DNA of 64,000 nucleotides from Gnetum montanum (taxonomy: Eukaryota > Plantae > Gnetophyta): NCBI GenBank assembly GCA_015680685.1, contig MNCI01001978.1, forward strand, positions 275,311-339,310, given 5' to 3'. Within the stretch, counting starts at the first letter, position 1. Each line of letters starts with the position of its first letter. Below the pieces are notes generated by a model, which was given only the letters and a program-made list of their open reading frames with translations, ran no database searches and was not told the origin of the DNA. This document shows, piece by piece, positions 35,308 to 49,010 of this stretch. The position numbers and the translations under genes were made by a program.

Positions 35308-36564
35308 CTATTTTTTGATTTTCTTTATTTTTATGTCAAGGGGTGTATTGGCCGATACGATTTTGTATTCTGTGTCTCCTTTGCTAATCACATTGAATGA
35401 CAATTCAGTCCAGGAGACGTCCGATTGAATGTTTTCGGTATTGGTATTTTCAGGTGCTTCAGTGTCCGTCATTGTTTCCGTGTTGATTTCTTCATGAGGC
35501 GATGTGTATAAAGTGTTAGATGTGAGTGTTTCAGTTTTAGGAGGCTCTTGTCCCATGTTCGAAGATTTACCACCCACTAGTTGTGGCTCGTTTGCACCAT
35601 TTCGACTAGACTTCGCGAGTTCAATTTCGGAGCCTTGGTTGCTATCTGTGTGCGATGAAATAATGGGAGTGACCATTTCCCCATGTATGATGATTTCACT
35701 ACCCTCATAGGGTAGGTGAATCTCCTGATGTATAGGGGAAGAAACGGCTCTCAGTTGGGCGAACCAGGGTCTTCCTAATATCAAGTTGAACCCTGGCATT
35801 TCATCGACCACCAGGAAGTCAGCGGATGTGGCGAACTGGTCTCCCGCTATGAAGTCTAAGGTTATTGTGCCTTTGACCAATACATGTGACCCACTGAATG
35901 ACTTTAAACATGTTGTTGTCATAGGTTTAATTAAGTCAATAAATCCTAGTTGTTCAATGATGGGATAGGGTACAACGTTTGTGGCCGCCCCATCGTCTAC
36001 TTGGACTCTATGTATTTTGAACTGGTTTACTTGTATTATTATGAACATGGGGATTGTCGTTGTCTCCCCTATCTTCTTGTCTACTTTGATGTAATCATCG
36101 TGGAAGCTCAAGGGTTTAGGGATGGCACCGTGAGATGGATACATTACGGCATGAATGGCCAGTTCGCTTGGAGGCAAGTCCTCACTGACCGGGATGGACG
36201 TTAGCATGTGTACAAGAGCTTCCCGATGAGTTTGGGATGTTAGGACTAAGTCATACAAGCTCAAATAAGTGTTCTTTTGTTTCAGCGCTTGGGTGACTTG
36301 TGTTAAAGCCGTCGCAAAGTCTCTACTATTGGAGACGTTCTTGTCGGCAGCGACTGGGTCCATTGGGCCCAACAACTTTATTTCGTGTTTTAATGACTTG
36401 TCATCCTTGCTCTGTGCTGTAGTTTTAGATGGTTCATTTTGCTTTGATGATGGTTCACCCTGATTACCTGCATTTGATTGATAGTTAGTCGGTGACATGG
36501 GTATGGAATTGAGTGGAGTAGGTTTGGGTGGCCCCAGGGCCAATCGTTGGTGCTCTTTCTCCAA
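35308..36564 (-). CDS. Aspartic protease region of gag-pro (418-aa open segment ending in a stop)
   Basis: IHRVQVDDGAATNVV...FLVVDEMPGFNLILGRPW, a retropepsin signature of Tat/Ogre type. Confidence 0.88.
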   Translation of the reverse strand: MEKEHQRLALGPPKPTPLNSIPMSPTNYQSNAGNQGEPSSKQNEPSKTTAQSKDDKSLKHEIKLLGPMDPVAADKNVSNSRDFATALTQVTQALKQKNTYLSLYDLVLTSQTHREALVHMLTSIPVSEDLPPSELAIHAVMYPSHGAIPKPLSFHDDYIKVDKKIGETTTIPMFIIIQVNQFKIHRVQVDDGAATNVVPYPIIEQLGFIDLIKPMTTTCLKSFSGSHVLVKGTITLDFIAGDQFATSADFLVVDEMPGFNLILGRPWFAQLRAVSSPIHQEIHLPYEGSEIIIHGEMVTPIISSHTDSNQGSEIELAKSSRNGANEPQLVGGKSSNMGQEPPKTETLTSNTLYTSPHEEINTETMTDTEAPENTNTENIQSDVSWTELSFNVISKGDTEYKIVSANTPLDIKIKKIKK

Positions 36565-39486
36565 GCGTTCACGTGTAAGCCTATCAGCTAAGCATTCTCG
36601 CGTATGGCGTGGAGGTGGAGCTAGTTTTGGGGCCTCATATTATCTCAGGATGCATAGGTGGGATTACAGTTGTGACATTGAATGTGACTGGTTAGAAGGT
36701 GGCCCAGGGACCCTAATGACGTAGGGGCCGGGTTGGCCTGGCGCTTGGGAGGTTTGACAATCGTTAGGATTTTTAGATGTACTAACCACATGTGGGGTTG
36801 GTTTCAGTGGAGGTTGGACCTCCGCTGTTGCAACGGCCGATGGTACTCGGACTACGAAGGGAGCAGGCCGAGTGGGAGGGATTAGTGGCTTTAAGGTTGT
36901 AGGTACGGCTAAAGGTATACGGACGACATAGGGCTGCTGGGGGACGCGTGGTGATTGGGGCGTGGATGTGGTCATGGCGGGAGGAATGCACACTACGAAT
37001 GGCCTAGGAGATGTTTCTTGTGTGTTTTGAGGGTAGATGGTGTTAATGTTACTTGCCTCGAAACCATCATCGAAGTAGATCGTGCTAATCATGTACGGGG
37101 CCTCTTAGGTGTTCAGGGGATCCTTGTACACCCCCATAGCCTGATTCTACGGCTGGACCGGGTTAGCCTCATCAAAAGTGATTTTTCTATCATCGATCAT
37201 CCGCTGGATATCCTGCTTCAGGGTGAAGCAGTAATCTGTTCCGTGCCCGTTGCGTTGATGGTAGTCGCAGAAGCGATCCAACCTAAAGCCTTTGGGTACG
37301 GGCGGCTCACCCGGGGTTGCTAAGCTTGGGTTCTGTATGATTTGGCAGAATCGTTCATGTCTTTGGATGGCCTTAGGGGATAACTACTTGTGTGTCATCA
37401 GCCTAGCTTTTAGGAGCTGATCAAAGAGCTGGGATGGTTTCATCGGTAGAGGCGTGTATTGAGAAGGTTCTTTCCTCTCGAAATTGCATGTACGGTTTGT
37501 CAGGTTTTGTGATGATGATGACTCCGGGGCTGTTGTGGGAGTGGGTTTATAATAGTTAGTAGGGGTTGCGGGTGGTTTTTGTTGGGGTGTGATGTTCATT
37601 TGTTGGGCTCCTGCTATCGCTGTTATAGTTGTCTTGGCTTTCTCTTTATCCTTTTTAGTGTGTTGGTTTCTGAAGGCCAAGTATGCCGGGTCGTGGCTAT
37701 TTTGAGCCGCTTCCTCTATGTTTTTTATCTGCACAAATGCCTAATTAAGATCACGCACATTAAGGTAATATAATTTAGACTTGAAGAAATCGTTGACAGC
37801 CCCCTTCAGAATTGTAAGTAGATAAGTTGGAGAGATTGGCTCGTGTAGCTCGTTGAGAGCCACATTCCATCTCTGAATAAACTTTTGTACAAGTTCAAGC
37901 GGTGCTTGCTTGACCTACATGAGGCTATCCAGCATGGCCTCAAGTTTCAAGTTGTACTTGAACCGGGTCACAAACTGGCATAAAAGATCATCCAAGGAAA
38001 AGATAGAGTTCCTGGGCAGGGCTCGGTACCAGTCGAGTGCTCTCCCCACGAGCGACATGGGGAATACTCGTAGTATGGAGTGGGGCCATGCCTGGAGCAA
38101 CGCGCACTCTAGTCTAAATGTTATAAGATGTGCATTGGGATCTGTCTCCCCATTGTACTTGGTCAATGTGGGCAAGGAGACACCTTTAGGTAAGGTTAGA
38201 GGTGGGACTGAAGAGCTGATGGGGTCATCGTTGTAGAAATCCACTACCTTCAGCTCTCCGTCAGCGACTGTTTTGAGGTACTTCACCTCGTCAGTGAGCT
38301 CCTGCATTAGATTTTTGGCGTTCACCCAGTCTTGGATGCTCGGTGAAGCTACAGGCTGGGGGTGTGGGGCTGTATACAGGTTAGACTATTGGGTTGTGGG
38401 TTGAAAGGCCGGAAGCTGAGAGATCGGCGGTTGTGCTTGTGGGAAGTTAACGATGGGCGGCACTGAGTATGGCATGTTGTAAGGGAAATGTTGCTACTGC
38501 TGCGGATGGGGTTGTACCTATGGCACGTGATAGGGGAAACGCTGTGGTTGCTGCAGTGGCGGCTGTACTGGGGGAACGTTGGCTGGTTGAACCATATGTG
38601 GTGGTAGGTTATAGTTAGGAGGTTGATGTTGCTGCGACTGAGCGCTCATCATCACCCGTGGTATAACTAAGTTTTGTGGAGGGACTCCCTGTTGAGTTAT
38701 GGCGGTAGAAGGGGCTGTATGCATTTGAATGTGTGGGATGTAGTGGGCGGATGTGGAGGCCGGGATGACGTGTGGCATCCCTATCACTTGGGGTGGGAGT
38801 GTTACTCCCACGCTATCGTGAGGGGGTGATGCTTATGAAGATGGGCCGATTGTTGCCTCGGGAATGATGGCGAGGGGGAGTGTGTTGAATCAGGGATCAG
38901 AGGGAGGTGGCTCATGGGCAAATGAGGATGTGTGCGATGGAGGCATTTGCGTGTGAGTTATTCTGAGGGGTTGGAGGGGCATGATCTCCCCTGCGTCCGG
39001 ATGAAAAATGGGATTAGCGTATGCTTGCGGGCTGAGAGTGTGGTAGGAGTCTGTGTGTTCTGACTCGGCAGTGAAGTCATCCTCTTCCTCTAGTCGGGTC
39101 TTGAGCACATGCTGACCTAGCATGTGGCTCCTTTGCAGGAGGAGCTGTGTGATGAGTTTTGAGTACTGCTCTGGAACCAGGATTAGGTCATATGGGGAAG
39201 GAGTGAACTCATATCCTCCCCTGTAAAAGATTTCGAATTGCCTCTTGACTTCCTTTTCAGCTCGGTCAATAGCTAGGCTAGCTTATAACTTAATACATAT
39301 GAAATTATACTGATCCTGGGTGATAATGTTGGAGGCTGGATTTCTCCCCTGCAACCTTAGGGACTGGCGGGGCTCTACTGTGGGTTGTACTCCCAGGTGT
39401 TGCATGATGGGCTGTTGAACAGCCATGGTGTCTATGATGTTGGTGGCTTGAGTGGTGGCATCCGTAGTGTTGTTTGCATGGTTCAT
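36565..39486 (-). pseudogene. gag: gag (Pro/Gln-rich N-terminus, Retrotrans_gag core, CHHC-type knuckle), with several stops
   Basis: TKYNGETDPNAHLITF...FPMSLVGRALDWY...FVTRFKYN (37915-38325) and CDYHQRNGHGTDYC near 37230-37270. The true start codon is uncertain. Confidence 0.85.
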
Positions 39487-40129
39487 GATGATATGTCACG
39501 GAGGTGAATCTGTCTGAAGATGCGAAGTTAAAGTGTCGTGTAGCGTGCACTGTATACGCTTCAATGGACAGCGTATAGTGACAACGTATATAGCGTATAT
39601 GGTCAGCGTAGACGCTGGAGAGCATATACGTAAGATGGGTCACGACGTAAACCAGTTGCAGCATGAAACCAGTTGCGGTGTAAAAATAGGAGAGCGTAAA
39701 CTAGATTCAGCGTAAACAGGTCACAGCGTAAAGCAGAAGCTGGCATAAAACAGGTGAGTGTAAAATAATTTGCAGCGTATAACAGGAGAGCGTAAACAAG
39801 TTGTAGCGTCAAGTAGGAGCTAGTGTAAATAAGGTGGGGCGTAAACAAGGCTGAGTAAACAATGCAGAGCGTAAACAATGACAACGTAAATAATGCACAG
39901 CGTAAACGCAACGGAGCGTAAAAACAAGGTAACGTATGGTTTTCAGAGGGAATTTTTACGAGGGGGCATAAATACTGAATAGTGTAGATGCTGGAAAAGT
40001 TGCGAGCTGGGGGTTTAGACTGGGCAGCATAACCACTGAAGGGTTTCAGCAGGGAGCAGTGTGCAGTTGGCGGCGTAGACGCTTAACAGCGTAGATGCTG
40101 GGAAATTTGCAGACAAGGGTTTAGGAGGT

Positions 40130-40145
40130 CCTCCTTCTAGCGCCA
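40130..40145 (-). promoter_or_regulatory. Primer binding site, tRNA-Asn
   Basis: Minus strand TGGCGCTAGAAGGAGG, 5 nt from the 5' LTR, complementary to the plant tRNA-Asn(GUU) 3' end ...CCTCCTTCTAGCGCCA as I recall it. Confidence 0.85.
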
Positions 40146-40150
40146 ATTTC

Positions 40151-41411
40151 TGTACCGCCTGAAATCATTGACCTCCAGCTGGAAGGAAAATAGAGGCCGT
40201 GGGATCGCAGGACGAGAACAGAAGACCTTGCCTTTGCCTAAGGGTGAGCTAGAATGCACAAAGGCAGAGTACCTTGGATGGTCTGCACGTAGATCAGACA
40301 AGGATTTTCCCGCGCGTACGCAAAGTGCTATACGCTGGGTTATGCGTAAACGATGTAGCGAGCGTAAACAAAGCGTAAACGGTGTAAAACAAATGCGAAT
40401 AGAGTGTGAGCATAAACGAACATGAATAGAATGCATGGGCCAAGTTGACGTAAAACTGAAAAATGTAAAAAATCTTGTGCTGCGAATGTAAACAATGGTA
40501 TTACAGAGTTAAAGTACAGTGTATCGGTCTAACGCAGTCGTGAGAGACATAAGGTGGACGAAAAGCCCCGGCGTATGCAGGAGTGACTCGGCTGGTTTGT
40601 AGGGCAAGCGGAGTGTAGAGACTATATCTGCAGTGTACAGGGCTTCCCAGCGTAAGAGGGTTTCAGCTCTTTTGCGCAGCGTAAATGTTCTCTGGTATGC
40701 TCTGGGATTTTTCCCACCGACCCCCTAGTAAACTGGAAAATCAGGGTTTTTATACAGGTTGTTACACTAGACTCAGGTTGGGCGACACATGGCGCATTGA
40801 CCGGGTGCACGCGATTTATAAATGTACAATATTACAAGTGTTGGGTGTATATGCTGGGCGTATACGCCGTATCAGGTCGACATATATGCTTGGCGTATAC
40901 GCTGGATGCACTGAGCGTGCGTGCACGTGGGTGAGGATGCTGCGGGCTGGGTGTATACGCTGGGTAGATGCAAGGCATATACGCCGATAGATGCTGTGCG
41001 TACACGCTGATGGGTGCTGGTGTATACGCTGGGCGTATACGCCGAAGGATGTCCACTTGCTTCAATTCTTGCTCTTTGGTGTTGTCTTCATCCTGCCTTT
41101 GGAGATTTCATGCCGGCCATAAGCATTTTCCGTACACCAGGCGTGCGAGTTGGATGTCTATGCTGGGCGTATACACTAGAAATTTGAGTGTCTACGCTGG
41201 CGGGCGTATACGTTGTGGATTCGAGCGTCTACACTGGGGATGTCCTTGAGCGTAGATGCCAGGCGTATACGCTAGTGCCAGATACTTAGTGAAAATGAAG
41301 CTGTTTGACCTCCAAAGTGTGTGATGCCCACTGTAGCCATGGTTGTCTGTGGGTCCCAGGGACCGGATTTTTGCTGGACAAGTACTAAGCGCCAAATTTT
41401 GTGGTGTTTCA
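40151..41411 (-). repeat. 5' LTR (1261 bp)
   Basis: TG...CA, followed by TSD ACTAT. TATAAAAA on the minus strand at 40747-40754. Confidence 0.96.
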
Positions 41412-41416
41412 ACTAT

Positions 41417-41960
41417 TAGGGAGAACACTCTGAGGGAGCCCACTCTTAGGGAGAGCGTGCTCCTAGAGCATGTGCCTCCGAGATTGTGCTCTCAATGAGA
41501 ACACTCTCACATGCTTAGCAGAAGGTGCTCTTGGAGAGGGTGATCTCAAGGAGAATGCTCTTAGGGAGCGCACTCTTAAGGAGGAAACTCTCGAGGAGGA
41601 CATCCTCAGGGAGACCATTCTCAAGGAGTGCACTCTCCAAAAGAACGCTCTCAATGAGGGTGCTTACATGGAAAACGCTCCCAGGTGCGTAGCGCATAGC
41701 ACAAGGCACTCTCAAGGAGGGCGATCCAAAGGATAATGCTCCCACATGTGTAGCGTAAGGTGCTCTTAGGAAGAATGCTATTAGTGAGAACGATCTCCAT
41801 GGAGGGTGCTCCCACAAAAAGCGCGCTCACGTTCAGCATGCTCACGGAGGGTGCTCTCATGGAAAGCACTTTCAGGGAGGACACTCCCAGGAAGAGCATT
41901 CTCCAACAGAATGCTCTCAATGAGGGCACTCTCATTGAGAATGCTCTGAAATGCATAATG
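41417..41960. repeat. 15-bp IGS repeat, continuation of the array interrupted by the retrotransposon
   Basis: The reconstructed empty site GCAAGGT-ACTAT-TAGGGAGAACACTCT fits the repeat register. Confidence 0.85.
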
Positions 41961-41961
41961 T

Positions 41962-44900
41962 AAGGCTCAAACAAGGGATTCTTGAGACATGAGCCTCAAA
42001 CATCCGTCCAACTACACCTAACCCCTGTAGAACTTACTGCAGAGTTTGAGCATGCGCTCAAACTCAACAAGCTACCCCAAGCGAAGGGACAATGTAAGTT
42101 CTTGAATCCACGAAATATTTTTTTCAAGATGGTATGACCATAAAACTATCACATGAATTAATAAAATCCTCGATCCACAATGAATAGCAAGGCACCTGCA
42201 AGTGCATGGAGAATAAGAAAGACCAAGTCCCTCTTCGTTTCATGGCTCGTGCAAGTGAACTTGCCACTACCACCCATGTGCTACTAGGTAATCGAATTTG
42301 TGATTAGGTAGAGAGAGCATGCACCTAACGCTACCCCATGGAGGGTGTCCAAATGATCCGCCACCTCATCCCCATCAAATCAATGCAACCGTTCGCACGA
42401 AATCAACCCATATCATTTTCGGAGAGAGGATCTTTCAATCCTATAGAGCCATCAATGGTGGCTCTAATCTCGCAAAATCTGCAACAATCACACCCTGGCA
42501 TAAAGAAACAAGCCTCTCAGGATGCAGGGTAACACCTAACCGAATTCATCATCAAGTGACTGCACAACCGAAAACTCCTTCGTGAAACCAAAAGACAGAG
42601 CGTCGTGTAGCCAAAACAAGGGATTTTCGAGACATGAGCCTCAAACATTCATCTGACTGCCCCTAACCCATGGAGAACTTGCTGCCGAGTTTGGGCATGT
42701 GCTCAAAACTTGACAAGCTACTCCAAGGGAAGGCACAACGCAAGTTCTAGAATGCATAAAAGCTTATTTTCGAGATGGTACGACCACAAAATGGTCGCCC
42801 AAATTAATAAAATCCTTGATCCACAATGAACAATGAAGCACCTGCAAGTGCATGGAGAATAAGAGAGACCAAGCCCCTCTTCATTTCTCAACTTGTGTAA
42901 GTGAACTCGTCACTACCATCCATGCACTACTAGGTAATCAAATCGGTGATTAGGCAAAGAGAGCATGCACCTGACGCTACCTCGTGGAGGGCGTCCAAAT
43001 GCTCTACCACATCAACCCCACCAAATCAATGTAACCGTTCACATGAAATCAACCCATATCGATTTTAGAGAGAGGATCTTTCAATTCCGTAGAGCCATCA
43101 ATGGAGGCTCTGATCTCCCAAAATCTGCAACACTCACACCCAGGCATAAAGAAACAAGCCTCTCAGGATGTAGGGTAACACCTACCCGAATTCACCATCA
43201 AGTGACTGTACAACTAAAAACTCCTTCGTGAAACCCAAAGACAGAGCGTCGTGCAGCCAAAAGAAGGGATTTTTGAGACATGAGCCTTAAACATCTGTTT
43301 GACTACCCCTAACCCATGGAGAACTTAGTGCCAAGTTTGGGCATGCACTCAAAACTTGACAAGCTACTCCAAGGGAAGGCACAACGCAAGTTCCTGAATC
43401 CACAAAAGCTTATTTTTGAGATGGTACAACCATGAAACGGTTGCCCAAATTAATAAAATCCTCGATCCACAATAAACAATGAGGCACCTGCAAGTGTATG
43501 GAGAACAAGAGAGACCAAGTCAATCTTCATTTCTTGGCTCATGCAAGTGAACTCGTCACTACCACCCATTTGCTACTAGGTAATCAAATTGGTGATTAGG
43601 CAGAGAGAGCATGCACCTGACGCTACCTCATGGAGGGCGTCCATATGCTCTACCACATCAACCCCACAAAATCAATACAATCGTTCACACAAAATCAACC
43701 CATATCATTTTTAGAGAGAGGATCTTTCAATCCCGTAGAGCTTTCAATGGAAGATCTGATCTCCCAAAATCCACAACAATCAAACCCAGGTATAAATAAA
43801 CAAGCCTCTTAGGATGCAAGGTAACACCTACCCGAATTCATCATCAAGTGACCGCACAATCAAAAACTCCTTTGTGAAACCCAAAGACAGAGTGTCGTGT
43901 AGCCAAAACAAGGGATTTTCGAGACATGAGCCTCAAACATCTGTCCAACTACCCCTATCCCATGGAGAACTGATTGCCGAGTTTGGGCATGTGCTCAAAA
44001 CTCGACAAGCTACTCCAAGGGAAGGCACAACGCAAGTTCCTGAATCCACAAAAGCTTATTTTTGAGATGGTATGACCACGAAACAGTTGCCAAAATTAAT
44101 AAAATCCTCAATCTGCAATGAATAATGAGGCACCTACAAGTGCATGGAGAACAAGAGAGACAAAGTCCCTCTTCATTTCTCAGCTCATGCAAGTGAACTT
44201 GTTACTACCACCCATGTGTTACTAGGAAATCAAATTGGTAATTAGGCAGAGAGAGCATGCACCTAATACTACCTCGTGGAGGGTGTCTAGATGCTCTACC
44301 ACATCAACCCCACCAAATCAATGCAACCATTCATACGAAATCAACCCATATCATTTTTAGAGAGAGGATCTTTAAATCCCATAGAGCTGGCAATGGAGGC
44401 TCTGATCTCCCAAAATCCACAATAATCACACCCAGGCATAATGCAACAAGCCTCTCAGGATGTAGGGTAACACCTATCCAAATTCACCATCAAGTGACCG
44501 CACAACTGAAAACTCCTTCATGAAACCCAAAGATAAAGCATTACGTAGAAAAAACAAGGGATTTTTGAGACATGAGCCTCAAACATCTGTCCAACTGCCC
44601 CTATCCCATGGAGAACTTACTTCCAAGCTTGGGCATGCACTCAAAACTCAACAAGCTACTCCAAGGGAAGGCACAACGCAAGTTCCTGAATCCACAAAAG
44701 CTTATTTTTGAGATGGTACGACCACAAAATGATCACCTAAATTAATAAAATCCTCAACCCGCAATGAACAACGAGGCACCTACAAGTGCATGGAGAACAA
44801 GAGAGACCAAGTCCCTCTTCGTTTCTTGGCTCGTGCAAGTGAACTCGTCACTACCACCCATGCGCTACTAGGCAATCAAATTGGTGATTAGGCAGAGAGA

Positions 44901-47900
44901 GCATGCACCTAACAATACCTCATGGAGGGCATCCAGATGCTCTACCACATCAACCCCACCAAATCAATGCAACCATTTGCACGAAATCAACCCATATAGT
45001 TTTCAGAGAGAGGATCTTTCAATCCCATAGAGTCGTCAATGGAGGCTCTGATCTCCCAAAATCCGCAACAATCAAACCTAGGCATAAAGAAACAAGCCTC
45101 TCAGGATGTAGGGTAACACCTACCCAAATTCACCATCAAGTGACCATACAACTGAAAACTCCTTCGTGAAACCCAAAGATAGAGTGTCATGTAGCCAAAA
45201 CAAGGGATTTTTGAGACATGAGCCTCAAACATTTGTCCGACTACCCCTAACCCATGGAGAACTTGCTGCCGATTTTGGGCATGCGCTCAAAACTGGACAA
45301 GCTACTCCAAGGGAAGGCACAACGCAAGTTCTTGAATGCACGAAAGCTTATTTTCAAGATGGTACGACCACAAAATGGTTGCCCAAATTAATAAAATCCT
45401 CGATCCACAATGAACAATGAAGCACCTGCAAGTGCATGGAGAACAAGAGAGACCAAGTCCCTCTTCATTTCTTAGCTCATGTAAGTGAACTCGTCACTAC
45501 CATCCATGCACTACTAGGTAATCAAATCGGTGATTAGCCAGAGAGAGCATGCACCTGATGCTACCTCGTGGAGGGAGTCCAGATGCTCTACCACATCAAC
45601 CCCACCAAATCAATGCAAATTTTCACATGAAATCAACCCATATCAATTTCAGAGAGAGGATCTTTCAATTCCGTAGAGCTATCAATGGAGGCTCTGATCT
45701 CCCTAAATCTGCAACACTCACACCCAGGCATAAAGAAACAAGCCTCTCAGGATGTAGGGTAACACCTACCTGAATTCACCATCAAGTGACCGTACAACTG
45801 AAAAATCCTTCGTGAAACAGAGAGATAAAGCATTACACAGACAAAACAAGGGATTTTTCAGACATGAGCCTCAAACATCTGTCCAACTGCCCCTATCCCA
45901 TGAAGAACTTACTACCAAGTTTGGGCATGTGCTCAGAACTCGACAAGCTACTCCAAGGGAAGGCACAATGCAAGTTCTTGAATCCACAAAAGATTATTTT
46001 TGAGATGGTACGACCACAAAACGGTCACCTGAATTAATAAAATCCTCGATCCGCAATGAACAACAAGGCACCTGCAAGTGCATGGAGAACAAGAGAGACC
46101 AAGTCCCTCTTCATTTCTTGGCTCGTGCAAGTGAACTCATCACTACCACCCATGCGTGACTAGGCAATCAAATCGATGATTAGGCAGAGAGAGCATGCAC
46201 CTAACGCTACCCTGTGGAGGGCAGAGAGATGCTCTACCACATCAACCCCACCAAATCAATGCAACCATTCGTATGAAATCAACACATATCATTTTCAGAG
46301 AGAGGATCTTTCAATCTTGTAGAGCTGTCAATGGAGGCTCTGATCTCCCAAAATCTGCAACAATCACACCCAGGCATAAAGAAACAAGCCTCTCAGGATG
46401 TAGGGTAACAGCTACTCAAATTCACCATCAAGTGACTGCACAATCGAAAACTCCTTCGTGAAATCCAAAGACAAAGAATTATGCAAACAAAACAAGGGAT
46501 TTTTGAGACATGAGCCTCAAACATCTGTCCGACTACCCCTATGCCATGGAGAACTTACTGCCAAGTTTGGGCATGTGCTCAAAACTCAACAAGCTACTCC
46601 AAGGGAAGGCACAACACAAGTTCCTGAATCCACGAAAGCTTATTTTTGAGATGGTACGACCACGAAATGGTCACCCGAATTAATAAAATCCTCAATCTGC
46701 AATGAACAATGAGGCACCTCCAAGTGCATGGAGAATAAGAGAGACCAAGTCCATCTTCATTTTATGGCTTGTGCAAGTGAACTTGCCAATACCACCCATG
46801 CACTACTAGGCAATCGAATTGATGATTAGGCAGAGTGAGTATGCACCTAACGCTACCCCGTGGAGGATGTCCAGATGCTCCACCACCTCATACCCACCAA
46901 ATAAATGCAACCGTTCGAACGATATCAACCCATATCATTTTCAGAGAGAGGATCTTTCCATCCCATAGAGCCATCAATGGTGGCTCTGATCTCACAAAAT
47001 CTGCAACAATCACACCCAGGCATAAAGAAACAAGCCTCTCAGGATGTAGGGTAACACCTACCCAAATTCACTGTCAAGTGACTGCACAACCAAAAACTCC
47101 TTCGTGAAACCAAAAGACAGAGCGTTGTGTAGCCAAAACAAGGGATTTTTGAGACATGAGCCTTAAACATCCATCTGACTACCCCTAACCCATGGAGAAC
47201 TTACTGCTGAGTTTTGGCATGCACTCAAAACTCAATAAGCTACTCCAAGGGAAGGCACAATGCAAGTTCCTGAATACAAGAAAGCTTATTTTTGAGATGG
47301 TATGACCACAAAATAGTCACTCGAATTAATAAAATCCTCAATCCACAATGAACAATGAGGCACTTGCAAGTGCATGGAGAACAAGAGAGACCAAGTCCCT
47401 CTTCGTTTCTCGGCTTGTGCAAGTGAACTCGTCACTACCATCCATGCGCTACTAGGCAATCAAATTAGTGATTAGGCAGAGAGAGCATGCACCTGACGCT
47501 ACCTTGTGGAGGGCGTCCAAATGCTCTACCACTTCAACCCCACCAAATCAATGCAACTGTTCACATGAAATCAACCCATATCATTTTCAGAGAGAGGATC
47601 TTTCAATCCCATAGAGCCATCAATGGAGGCTTTGATCTTCCAAAATCCACAACAATCACACCTAGACATAATGAAACAAGCCTCTCAGGATGCAGGATAA
47701 CACCTACCCAAATTCAACGTCAAGTGACTGCACAACTGAAAACTCCTTCGTGAAACCCAAAGACAGAGCGTCATGCAGCCAAAACAAGGGATTTTCGATA
47801 CATGAGCCTCAAACATCCATTCGACTACCCCTAACCCATGGAGAACTTACTGCCGAGTTTGGGCATGTGCTCAAAACTCAACAAGCTACTCCAAGGGAAG

Positions 47901-49010
47901 GCACAATGCAAGTTCTTGAATCCATGAAAGCTTATTTTTGAGATGGTATGACCACGAAACGGTTGCCCGAATTAATAAAATTCTTGATCCATAATGAACA
48001 ACGAGGCACCTGCAAGTGCATGGAGAACAAGAGAGACCAAGTCCCTCTTCGTTTCTTGGCTCGTGTAAGTGAACTTTCCACTACCACCCATGCACTACTA
48101 GGCAATTGAATTGGTGATTAGGCAGAGAGAGCATGCACTTGACGCTACCCCATGGAGCAAATCCAGATGCTCCACCACCTCATCCCCACCAAATCGATGC
48201 AACCGTTCATAGGAAATCAACCCATATCATTTTTAGAGAGAGGATCTTTTGATCCCATAGAGCCATCAATGGTGGCTCTGATCTCGCAAAATTTGCAACA
48301 ATCACACCCAGGCATAAAGAAATAAGCCTCTCAGGATGCAGGGTAACACCTACCTAAATACACCGTCAAGTGACTGCACAATCAAAATCTACTTCGTGAA
48401 ACCCAAAGATAGAGTGTTGCATAGCCAAAACAAGGGATTTTTGAGACATGAGCCTCAAACATCCATCTGGCTACCCCTAACCCATGGAGAACTTACTATC
48501 AAGTTTGGGTATGCACTCAAAACTCGACAAGCTACTCCAAGGGAAGAAACAACATAAGTTCCTGAATCCACAAAAGCTTATTTTTGAGATGGTGCAAAAT
48601 GAAACAGTCACCCAAATTACTAAAATCCTCGATCCCCAATGAATAGCAAGGCACCTACAAGTGCATGGAGAACAAGAGAGACCAAGTCCCTCTTCGTCTC
48701 TCAACTTGTGCAAGTGAACTTACCACTACCACCCATGCGCTACTAGGCAATCGAATCAGTGATTAGGCAAAGAGAGCATGCACTTGATGCTACCTCATGA
48801 AGGATGTCCAGATGCTCTACCACCTCAACCCCACCAAATCAATGCAACCATTTGCGTGAAATCAACCCATATCGTTTTCAGAGAGAGGATCTTTCAATCC
48901 CGTAGAGCCGTCAATGATGACTCTGATCTCGCAACATCCGCAACAATCACACCTAGGCATAAAGAAAAATGCATCTTAGGATAAAGGGTTCCACCTACCT
49001 AAATTCACAT
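41962..49010. repeat. 646-bp tandem satellite (type B), about 11 units
   Basis: ATGCAC marker at 42319, 42965, 43611, 44257, 44903, 45549, 46195, 46841, 47487, 48133 and 48778. The period is 646, except 645 for the last unit. Confidence 0.96.

Larger units (their letters stand above)
23342..41411 (-). mobile_element. Full-length Ty3/gypsy LTR retrotransposon, Tat clade (Ogre/Retand-like), 18,070 bp, degenerate
   Basis: Two TG...CA LTRs, 5-bp TSD ACTAT (23337-23341 and 41412-41416), PBS, PPT, and gag, PR, RT, RH, archaeal-type RNase H and INT on the minus strand. Confidence 0.96.

Noticed and set aside
42319-48984. Recurrent 88-aa MHLTLP... ORFs and similar ORFs in the ETS arrays
   Set aside because: Translations of satellite units, with no recognisable domain and inconsistent stops.
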